Assembly: GCA_964619365.1 (NCBI GenBank) | Contig: CAZUDQ010000004.1 | Location: forward strand, 13,185 to 77,184 | Source of the DNA: an uncultured archaeon | Lineage (GTDB): Archaea; Altiarchaeota; Altiarchaeia; JAFGQM01 | Direction: 5' to 3' | DNA length: 64,000 nucleotides | Shown: one piece after another, positions 56,646-64,000 of the stretch | How the letters are laid out: every line of letters starts with the position of its first letter | Numbering within the stretch: position 1 is the first letter of the stretch | Program-made: the position numbers and the translations under genes | Notes under the pieces: generated by a model | What the model was told of the DNA's origin: nothing | Seen by the model: the letters and a program-made list of their open reading frames with translations, nothing else | Database searches by the model: none

Positions 56646-57323
56646 TTATGCCCTAAATTGTTTGTAGCTTAGATTCAGTTCCCTAGAATTTTCACCATCT
56701 TTATAGTAACTATAAGTACTCCCTTTTGTGATGCTATCTTTATCAGTAAGCTCTCTTATGAGTGGTTTACCTGGAAATGGATTAGCTAAATACTCTTTTT
56801 TACCTATCCTGAATTTGACATATGAATGTCCAACACCAGAATGTCCGTCGTAACTATACCCACTTCTAACATACGACACGTCCCGAATTTTGCCACGTCT
56901 TGCCATAAGGGCTGCTGCAAGCGCGTCGCACGCAACTTTACACCCCCATACAGGTCTCCCATCTTTACTAAAGCGCGTTCCTATCTTTTTTGTTGTCACG
57001 ACATCATGAGCAGTTGTCTTATCATATATTTTTTGCCAGGCATCCCGATTTTTTTCAGGGGTGTAAAAACTAGCAATTTTTTTTGTCATGTCAAAAACAC
57101 CGTTACGTGTGTCAGGAAACTTATTTGCAAAGGTCTTTATGGCCACAGTCTCACGTGTCGGATCAAGAAGTCCTTTTGCCATCCATTTATGTTCCCCCTT
57201 ACGGAGTTCTCTCATCCGGGCGGCTCGTTCCTTTCGCCAGGCAGAATCAAAATAAGTCTTGTTGACGTATTCATTCAAAGGCTGCTTTTTAGGTACGGCC
57301 GCAGGTTTCTTAGGTCTTGCCAT
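56646..57323 (-). CDS. Transglutaminase/papain-like fold protein, paralog A
   Basis: WGC.VAC..LAAAL, GHSYVKF, YLANPF (Cys-His-Asn); basic N-terminus. Confidence 0.55.
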   Translation of the reverse strand: MARPKKPAAVPKKQPLNEYVNKTYFDSAWRKERAARMRELRKGEHKWMAKGLLDPTRETVAIKTFANKFPDTRNGVFDMTKKIASFYTPEKNRDAWQKIYDKTTAHDVVTTKKIGTRFSKDGRPVWGCKVACDALAAALMARRGKIRDVSYVRSGYSYDGHSGVGHSYVKFRIGKKEYLANPFPGKPLIRELTDKDSITKGSTYSYYKDGENSRELNLSYKQFRA

Positions 57324-57346
57324 TTGGTAATTTGCAAAATATTTAT

Positions 57347-58039
57347 CTATTTGAGTGCTTGCTTTCTTTGCCCGCGCAATTTTTTATAAGTAAGCCCAAG
57401 TTCTTTAGAATCCTTTCCCTCTTCATAACTGTAAACCATGGGGTCTCCTCCAAGTTCCCTTTTTGTATTGGGGCGCAAAGGCATTAGATGTGCTTCACTT
57501 CCTGGAAACGGGTCTGCTAGATATTCATGGTCCCCCATCTTAAACTTTACGTAGGAATGCCCAAAGCCCCGGTTTGTCTCACGGACGTAAGTTACGTCAC
57601 GAATGTCTCCGCCTTTTGACTTGAGTGCCGCAACAAGCGTGTCACATGCCGCTTTGCAACCCCACTCGGCCCCGAGTTTAGGGTGGAACTCTGCCCCTAT
57701 CTTTTTTGTCGTCACGACATCATGGGCTGTTGTCTTATCATATACTTTTTGCAAGGCGTCCCGATTCTTTTCGGGGGTGTAAAAACTAGCAATGGTCTTT
57801 GTCATATCAGATATGCCCCCAGGTGTCTCAGGAAACTTTTTTGCAAATGCTTTAACTGCAGGAGTTTTAAGTGTTGGGTTAAGGAGTTCTTTTGCCTTTA
57901 ATTTCTCCCCCTTCCGGCGAAGTTCCCATATCTGGGCGGCTCGTTCCTTTCGCCCGGCAGAATCAAAATAAGTTTCGTTGATACGCTTGTTTAAAGGCGG
58001 CTTTTTCTGTGCGGCAGGGCTTTTCTTTTTTGTGGCCAT
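57347..58039 (-). CDS. Transglutaminase/papain-like fold protein, paralog B
   Basis: WGC.AAC..LVAAL, GHSYVKF, YLADPF (Cys-His-Asp); tandem duplicate of 56646-57323. Confidence 0.55.
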   Translation of the reverse strand: MATKKKSPAAQKKPPLNKRINETYFDSAGRKERAAQIWELRRKGEKLKAKELLNPTLKTPAVKAFAKKFPETPGGISDMTKTIASFYTPEKNRDALQKVYDKTTAHDVVTTKKIGAEFHPKLGAEWGCKAACDTLVAALKSKGGDIRDVTYVRETNRGFGHSYVKFKMGDHEYLADPFPGSEAHLMPLRPNTKRELGGDPMVYSYEEGKDSKELGLTYKKLRGQRKQALK

Positions 58040-58141
58040 TTAAGAAGCTAAATCCTATGGAATTATATTAAGATTAAAAAGAGATAAACGGGACAAGCTA
58101 ATGTTTTTATATATTTAACCCCAATATTCGCCACAATAATA

Positions 58142-58954
58142 ATGGATAAAAAAGTAATTGTTACAATTGCAATCACATTGTTACTCACTTTACCCTTAGC
58201 AAACGCTACATCGAGTTGTGTGACGTTTCTTCCAAATGATGCCCCTGGAAAAGAGATGGGATACATGGATGCATCTGTACTGGATGGGTATATGGAAGAC
58301 GTAATAATGATGGTCGCCGATGAAGACTCTGATGGGGATTACGAGATTGGTGAGGAACTTGCAATACAACCAACCGTCCCACACCCAAGTTCAGGTCAGC
58401 AGGTCATGGTGCAAAATCTCCTTGTTAGAATATATAAGAACGGCGCTCTTGTTTTCTATGAGTATACTGATGAGGACTTTGGCATAGTCTCATATGAGAT
58501 TCCGGCATATGGAAGTTTTGAAATTGTTGCAGGCGATGCCAAGTTTGATTTCATCCCCGAATTTGAATTTGATGGCGAGACTGAGGAAGAGGAAAGTGCA
58601 GAAGAGTTAACAGAAATCGAAACAACCCTTCCAGAAAATCCCCTAGAAGACTCTCAGGAACAAGCAGAGGAAGCAACAGAAAGCGCCGCTGGAGTAGACA
58701 CGGCTGAAATTGAGTCTGGAGAACAAGACGCATTAAATGATACATTACCCGCAACAATAGAAACCTCTGCTGGAAATCCGTTTACTCTGGATGAGGGCAC
58801 GATACTCTACATAGGAATAGCGCTTGTAATAATAGCCGCGATTGTAGCAATATATTTTGTTCTTTTTTCAGGACGTGGCAAGAAAAAAGGTTTAAGTGGC
58901 ATAAAATATAGGGATAAGAGAAGACGTGGTCACTCGTATGCAACAGGAATCTAA
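58142..58954 (+). CDS. Exported acidic protein with a C-terminal TM anchor
   Basis: Signal peptide, DEDSDGDYE Ca-loop-like motif, Glu-rich linker, TM with basic tail. Confidence 0.65.
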   Translation: MDKKVIVTIAITLLLTLPLANATSSCVTFLPNDAPGKEMGYMDASVLDGYMEDVIMMVADEDSDGDYEIGEELAIQPTVPHPSSGQQVMVQNLLVRIYKNGALVFYEYTDEDFGIVSYEIPAYGSFEIVAGDAKFDFIPEFEFDGETEEEESAEELTEIETTLPENPLEDSQEQAEEATESAAGVDTAEIESGEQDALNDTLPATIETSAGNPFTLDEGTILYIGIALVIIAAIVAIYFVLFSGRGKKKGLSGIKYRDKRRRGHSYATGI

Positions 58955-59512
58955 ATGATGCTTCCAACAGCTCAGGAATTCAGGCACATGCGCACAAAAG
59001 TAGGCCTTACTCAAAAAGACCTTGCAAGAAAAGCGGGAGTCTCCCAGGCACTTATCGCAAGAATTGAAGGGGGCTCAATCGATACAAAACTTTCAACTGC
59101 TCAGAAAATACTCGATGCTCTGAAAACAAGCCCGACAAGAAAAAAGTCCCTCGACATAAAAGATTATATGCACTCCCCCGTCACTTATTGCCAACCAACT
59201 GACATTCTCAGACGCGCGATTTCCATAATGGAAGAAGAAGGCATATCCCAGATGCCTGTTATGGAGGGTGGCAAGCAGGTAGGTTCTATAGTCGATACAA
59301 AAATCGTAAAGATACTTTCAAAAAAGGGAAGCCGCGCAACAAAGGCAAAAATCTCACAGATTATGGCGTCTCCCTTCCCAGAAATTGACTCGAGCGCACC
59401 GATAGACAAGGCAATAAGGCTTCTTGGAAAAAGTCCGGCTATCCTAGTTATGAATGGTCCCCATGTCTCAGGGATAATCACAAAAGCCGATGTTTTGAGA
59501 ATGGCACTCTAA
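58955..59512 (+). CDS. XRE-family HTH regulator with CBS domains (COG3620)
   Basis: GLTQKDLARKAGVSQALIARIE.G.ID; CBS pair ending GIITKADVL. Confidence 0.9.
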   Translation: MMLPTAQEFRHMRTKVGLTQKDLARKAGVSQALIARIEGGSIDTKLSTAQKILDALKTSPTRKKSLDIKDYMHSPVTYCQPTDILRRAISIMEEEGISQMPVMEGGKQVGSIVDTKIVKILSKKGSRATKAKISQIMASPFPEIDSSAPIDKAIRLLGKSPAILVMNGPHVSGIITKADVLRMAL

Positions 59513-59544
59513 GAATCTGTAATTGTGGCGAGTTTGAACAAAAC

Positions 59545-59560
59545 ACACAACATCTTGTGG
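59545..59560 (+). promoter_or_regulatory. NrdR box
   Basis: ACACAACATCTTGTGG fits the acaCwAtATaTwGtg consensus; adjacent to a TTTTTAT TATA-like element; a second TTGTGG half-site lies 32 bp upstream. Confidence 0.75.
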
Positions 59561-59591
59561 TTGTTTTTATTCCCGGTGCTCAAATATACTC

Positions 59592-60044
59592 ATGAAATGT
59601 CCTTTCTGCAGCTTTTCGGAAACCAGAGTTGTTGATAAAAGGGATTCTGGCGAACAAGACTGCACGCGCCGCCGCCGCCAGTGCCTAAAATGCCATCAGC
59701 GTTTTACTACTTATGAGCGTCCTGATATCTCCCAGATAATGATTGTAAAAAAGGACGGACGCATGGAAGCTTTTGACAGGTCAAAAGTACTAAAAGGAAT
59801 CATCCGTGCATGTGAAAAGCGTCCAATCTCAGTTACTGCGATGAATAAGATGGCTGAAGAAGTTGAAATAGAAATCAGAAAGGACAATTCTCGCGAGATT
59901 TCTTCAAAAAAGATAGGCAACATAATAATGCGTAGACTAAAGAAGCTTGATAAAGTTGCGTATTTAAGATTTGCTTCAGTGTACCGTGAATTCGATGACT
60001 TAAATGATTTTGAAAAAGAGTTCACAAAACTTTCGGGGGGATAA
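59592..60044 (+). CDS. nrdR: Transcriptional repressor NrdR
   Basis: MKCPFC..V.D.R..RRRR.C..C..RFTTYE zinc ribbon, ATP cone, DKVAYLRFASVYREF. Confidence 0.96.
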   Translation: MKCPFCSFSETRVVDKRDSGEQDCTRRRRQCLKCHQRFTTYERPDISQIMIVKKDGRMEAFDRSKVLKGIIRACEKRPISVTAMNKMAEEVEIEIRKDNSREISSKKIGNIIMRRLKKLDKVAYLRFASVYREFDDLNDFEKEFTKLSGG

Positions 60045-60047
60045 GAA

Positions 60048-60944
60048 ATGGAGATAAAAGGAACAATAGTAGAAGATACTTACGCAGAGGCATTCGACGG
60101 TCTTTTTGCAAGGATGATTGTTACCGCAAAGAATTCTAAGTTGCTAAAAAAGGCGGTTTATGACGCAACAGCCCTTCCCTGTACTGTATTTGGCGAGGCA
60201 GAGGGTGGCGTAGAGGCCTTTCTTAGCCCTCAGGAGACCCCAGACGGCCGCATCGGAGCAATAATCCAGCTTTGGGTCGCATATACTAAAAATGCTAAAG
60301 ATAAGCTCACACGCGAGCTTGGGAAGAGAATAAGACAAGGAATTCTTGTTGTCCCCACAACGCGCGTCTTTGATGCCCCAATGGGTGAGAAAAAGGACGA
60401 AGTGAGTATGATGGAGATTGTCGGCCATTGCGGGGACGGTCATGAGTGGACTGAAGAGCGCTTTGGAAGAACTTTAATAAATGTCCCACTGATGATGGGA
60501 GAGTTTCTGATAGATGGGAAGATAACTGCTCAAAAAGGGGTTGCTGGAGGAAACATCTGGCTTTTTTGCGAGTCTGAAGAAGACGCACTTAATGCAGCCG
60601 AGAAATGCGTGCTCGCGACAGACAAGGTTCCCGGCGCAATTGCCCCCTTTGATATATGCTCTGCCGGCTCTAAAGTCGAGACGAATTTCCCTGAGATAGG
60701 GCCAACGACAAACCATCCCTTTTGTCCGACATTAAAAGGTAAAATAGCTGATTTTAAAGTGCCCGAAGGAATCGTTTCAATCCCGGAGATTGTAATAGAC
60801 GGAACTTCCTTAGACGCAGTTAGGGATGCGATGAAGGCTTGCGTGGACGCGGCCGCAGGAATGGATGGCGTGCGCATGATATCTGCAGGCAACTTCGGCG
60901 GGAAACTTGGGCGACACCACATATACCTAAAAGACTTAATCTAA
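60048..60944 (+). CDS. Formylmethanofuran:H4MPT formyltransferase-family protein (divergent, EhaS/Ftr-2-like)
   Basis: EDTYAEAF, ETPDGR.G, GVAGGN, SAGSK, PTTNHPFCPTL, PEIVIDG, ISAGNFGGKLG. Confidence 0.88.
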   Translation: MEIKGTIVEDTYAEAFDGLFARMIVTAKNSKLLKKAVYDATALPCTVFGEAEGGVEAFLSPQETPDGRIGAIIQLWVAYTKNAKDKLTRELGKRIRQGILVVPTTRVFDAPMGEKKDEVSMMEIVGHCGDGHEWTEERFGRTLINVPLMMGEFLIDGKITAQKGVAGGNIWLFCESEEDALNAAEKCVLATDKVPGAIAPFDICSAGSKVETNFPEIGPTTNHPFCPTLKGKIADFKVPEGIVSIPEIVIDGTSLDAVRDAMKACVDAAAGMDGVRMISAGNFGGKLGRHHIYLKDLI

Positions 60945-60968
60945 AAGTTTAAGGAAATCTAATTAAAA

Positions 60969-61994
60969 ATGATTTTTGTCTTTGACCTTGAGGGACCACT
61001 TTCTCCGATGGACCACGCGGCAGACTGCATGAAGTTAATCGGCGAGAACCTGGGACGTGACGATTTCTTTGACCTTTTTGGCATGCTTTCCCTTTATGAT
61101 GACGAACTTACTTTGGAAGGAAAGCCCGGTTATAATCCTGGGGACACTTTACGCCTTATAGCCCCTATTGTCTCGACGCACCTAAGTCGTGAGGAAATGA
61201 TTGGGATAAGTGAAACAGCGACTCTTACTCCGGGCGCAAAAGACCTAATGGCACGACTTGACCTTGACAATGTCTATGTCGCGTCCACATCATATTCAGA
61301 GCACGCCCACACAATTGCAAGACGTCTTGGAATCTATCCTGAAAACGTCAATTGCACAAAACTTCCCGATTTTAAGAGTTTCCCATACATGGAGGATCTT
61401 GAGAATATCTTTGCAAAGTATAAGGACACTGGCTCAGAGATAAGCGCTGTTAAGGCGGACCTTGATTCTTTCTTTTGGTCCAGGCTCCCTTCAGAGTATC
61501 TCACAACAAAAGTCTGTGGCGGGGCGCGCAAGCTTGATGTAGTAAAACGTCTTGTAGAAGAGAGGCGCGAACCAAGTTCTAATTTTGTTTGCGTGGGTGA
61601 CTCGATAACAGACATCAATATGCTTGAAGGTGTCGCCGAAGCAGGCGGACTTGCAATATCTTTTAATGGAAATGGATACAGCGCGCCTGTTGCAAACCTT
61701 TGCGTATCCTCAAAATCGCTTATGGCGATATATCCTCTTGTGGAAGCAGACGACCCATGGAAAATTGTTTCTGACTGGCGTGAGATTCAAGACAGGCTAA
61801 AGCTTCTAACACCAAAAACACGCGAATATTTCAGGGACAAAGGAATCTTACCATCTTATGACGAAGTAAGAAAATCTTACCTCACAGGAGCCTATCCAAA
61901 AGAGGAAGTAAGAAAATCTTACTTATGTGAAGTCGTAGTCAGGCAAAAGACTGCGCGAAAAGAGATGAGAAAACAGTATGGAGACCTGACATGA
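60969..61994 (+). CDS. HAD-superfamily protein, EhaR/COG4030-like
   Basis: FDLEGPLS..D, LS.YDD.L..KPGY.PGDTL.LI.P, STSY, GG..K, VGDSITD, SFNGN.Y. Confidence 0.82.
   Translation: MIFVFDLEGPLSPMDHAADCMKLIGENLGRDDFFDLFGMLSLYDDELTLEGKPGYNPGDTLRLIAPIVSTHLSREEMIGISETATLTPGAKDLMARLDLDNVYVASTSYSEHAHTIARRLGIYPENVNCTKLPDFKSFPYMEDLENIFAKYKDTGSEISAVKADLDSFFWSRLPSEYLTTKVCGGARKLDVVKRLVEERREPSSNFVCVGDSITDINMLEGVAEAGGLAISFNGNGYSAPVANLCVSSKSLMAIYPLVEADDPWKIVSDWREIQDRLKLLTPKTREYFRDKGILPSYDEVRKSYLTGAYPKEEVRKSYLCEVVVRQKTARKEMRKQYGDLT
61863..61922. repeat. Two direct copies of the palindromic GAAGTAAGAAAATCTTAC inside the HAD gene
   Basis: Copies at 61863 and 61905 (42-bp period), each encoding EVRKSY(L). Confidence 0.8.
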
Positions 61995-63016
61995 TAACAT
62001 TTAGCAAAAAAGATTACGCAGAACGGTTCAGCGCCTTACGGGAAAAATTATCTCCAAAAGAAGTCTTCTTAGTAAATAGTGGTGCAAATATGCGTTATCT
62101 TACAGGCTTTAATTCCGGACGTATGATTGTGTCTAAGGAGACTGCCACATACTGGCTAAACGAGGCCTATTCCGGGCTTTCAAAAGACGCCCCGCTTGAA
62201 GCAACGCCATATTCTAAGGATTGCATAAAAAATGCGATATTCGCCCTTAATCCAAAATCCATTCTGATTGACGAGATGAGTTTTCCAACTTACGAGTACT
62301 CAGATTCCAAGTTAAAAGGACTTTACAAGAGCTCAGAAATCCTAACTGACCTTAGGATGATAAAATCCGAAAAGGAAACTGAACTTATAAGAGAATCCGG
62401 AAAGCTTGCAGCCGAAGTTATCAAAGCCGCAGAAGAGATGACTCTTATCGGTATGAATGAATTTGAACTGGCTGGAGAGCTTGAGGGGATGATACGAAAA
62501 GGGGGTTCGGAGTGGCCGCCATTTGAATCGGGGATGCTTTGTCTGGCAGGACCAAACACAAGATACATTCACGCGCCACCATCAGAAAGAAAGATTAAGG
62601 GGGGTGACCTTGTTGTCCTTGATATCGGAGCCTCAATCGGAGGGTATCACTCAGATATGACGCGCACACTTAAAATCGGCAATATAAGCGAACCAGCATC
62701 AGAACTTCGCGATTTTGTAATGGATCTTGAGGCAAGCTGCATTGAGCGCTGTGAGATTGGCGGGAAAATATCTGAAGTGCACAAGTACGCCGAGGAGCAA
62801 ATTGAAGCATATGGGCAGAAGTTTTATCATCTGCTTGGGCACGGCGTTGGACTGAATATCCATGAATCGCCGTCCATCGGACCAGACTGCGAGCTTGTCT
62901 TTAAAGAAGGCATGGTATTTACAATAGAGCCAGGCATTTATACAAGTGAGATAGGTGCAAGATTTGAGGATACGATTACGTTTAAAGATGGCAAGAAAGA
63001 AATCCTGACAAAATAA
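61991..63016 (+). CDS. Xaa-Pro peptidase, M24 family
   Basis: RYLTGF, LRMIKS, DIGA..GGYHSDMTRT, H.LGHGVGL.IHE.P, FTIEPGIY, RFED. Confidence 0.92.
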   Translation: MITFSKKDYAERFSALREKLSPKEVFLVNSGANMRYLTGFNSGRMIVSKETATYWLNEAYSGLSKDAPLEATPYSKDCIKNAIFALNPKSILIDEMSFPTYEYSDSKLKGLYKSSEILTDLRMIKSEKETELIRESGKLAAEVIKAAEEMTLIGMNEFELAGELEGMIRKGGSEWPPFESGMLCLAGPNTRYIHAPPSERKIKGGDLVVLDIGASIGGYHSDMTRTLKIGNISEPASELRDFVMDLEASCIERCEIGGKISEVHKYAEEQIEAYGQKFYHLLGHGVGLNIHESPSIGPDCELVFKEGMVFTIEPGIYTSEIGARFEDTITFKDGKKEILTK

Positions 63017-63082
63017 CTGTGCACATCCTAAAACCATTCATTTATATATAAAGAACCAATTATATTCCACTTACTATTTAAA

Positions 63083-64000
63083 ATGGACAATAAACTGATT
63101 TTTGCCGCCATTATTGCAATTGTAGTGGCTTTAGTAATGATATTTGTTTTATTTGTTGGTGATCCTAGTGAACTTTCAAGCATATCGAGTTTTGTTTTGA
63201 TGGATTCTGCCGATACGCAAACCGGGGACATCGATGAATGCGAGGAAAGACTCTTGAAAGTAGAACGAGAGTTGTGCTATATGGAGTTTGCAGAAAAAAA
63301 TGGAGATTTAACTTTATGTGAAAAAATCGAATATGATACAACTAAGGCTAGGTGCATTGTTGGTGTTACCAAAGATCCGCAAGATTGCTTAAGATTTAAA
63401 GATTATGATTTTCAACAAATATGTTTAGCAAAACTTACCAATAATCCAGATATTTGCAAACAATTCACTGACGAATGGAATAACAGAAATTGTTATACTG
63501 ACGTTGCAGAAGAAAACAACAGACCTGAACTTTGTGAAAAAATAATTAATGCAAGTGAGGTTTCCTATTGTTATTGGGGGGTAGCAAAAGAAAACAACAG
63601 ACCTGAACTCTGCGAAAAAATCAAGTCACAATATGATAAAAATAACTGTTATTTTCACATTGCAATGGACTATTCACGCCCGGAACTCTGTAATAAAATA
63701 AAAGATTCTGAAACTGGAGATGTCTGTTATGCTGTCATTTCAGAAGATTCCAGTAGACCGGAACTCTGCGAAAAAATCACAGACATGGGAATTAAAGATA
63801 GTTGCTATTCTGATATCGCAAGGAATTCCAATAGACCAGAACTCTGCGAAAAAATCACAGACTCAGATAGTAGGGATTACTGTTATTCTAATATTTCAGA
63901 AGATTCCAGTAGACCGGAACTCTGCGAAAAAATCACAGACATGGAAATTAAAGATAGTTGCTATTCTGATATCGCAAGGAATTCCAATAGACCAGAACTC
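63083..64000 (+). CDS. Membrane-anchored Cys-repeat surface protein, truncated by the window end
   Basis: MDNKLIFAAIIAIVVALVMIFVLFV TM, then 26-aa repeats CY..IA....RPELCEKI; open to the end of the window and absent from the supplied ORF track. Confidence 0.85.
   Translation, partial: MDNKLIFAAIIAIVVALVMIFVLFVGDPSELSSISSFVLMDSADTQTGDIDECEERLLKVERELCYMEFAEKNGDLTLCEKIEYDTTKARCIVGVTKDPQDCLRFKDYDFQQICLAKLTNNPDICKQFTDEWNNRNCYTDVAEENNRPELCEKIINASEVSYCYWGVAKENNRPELCEKIKSQYDKNNCYFHIAMDYSRPELCNKIKDSETGDVCYAVISEDSSRPELCEKITDMGIKDSCYSDIARNSNRPELCEKITDSDSRDYCYSNISEDSSRPELCEKITDMEIKDSCYSDIARNSNRPEL

Noticed and set aside
60048-61994. Evidence of methanogenesis or an Eha hydrogenase
   Set aside because: No mcr, mtr, fwd or hydrogenase subunits are in the window, and Ftr-like and EhaR-like genes alone do not establish this.

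Overview
Gene-dense archaeal chromosome segment with mostly housekeeping content. The organism is probably DPANN-related, possibly Altiarchaeota-like; this is inferred from eS26, an intron-containing tRNA-Ile(UAU), a Methanococcus-type S-layer-like protein, Cys-repeat surface proteins, an Ftr-like gene and the methanogen-type homocysteine genes. Core content: the 3' end of cbf5, tRNA-Ser(GCT), tRNA-Leu(TAG), the rpl7ae-rps28e-rpl24e-ndk operon with a K-turn leader, ileS, gltX, valS, RFC small subunit, a RecJ/GAN-like nuclease, prs, the GMP synthase amidotransferase subunit, trxB and dys. No CRISPR array, integrase or transposase is visible. Most notable observations: (1) a rare tRNA-Ile(UAU) with a 70-nt BHB intron, followed by two 94-bp-period hairpin units that copy its acceptor stem and 3' end, directly upstream of ileS; (2) an NrdR-box-controlled nrdR/Ftr-like (EhaS)/EhaR-like HAD/peptidase operon with no ribonucleotide reductase or hydrogenase genes; (3) a short palindrome (AAGTAAGA-AAA-TCTTACTT) that occurs in pairs at two loci 44 kb apart, once in-frame inside a gene; (4) orphan effector-like enzymes: a stand-alone OspF/LanL-type phosphothreonine-lyase-like protein and two tandem transglutaminase-like paralogs; (5) an orphan luxE-luxC pair next to a 1596-aa dockerin/Cys-rich surface protein. 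All protein calls come from motif recognition by eye, not from database searches.
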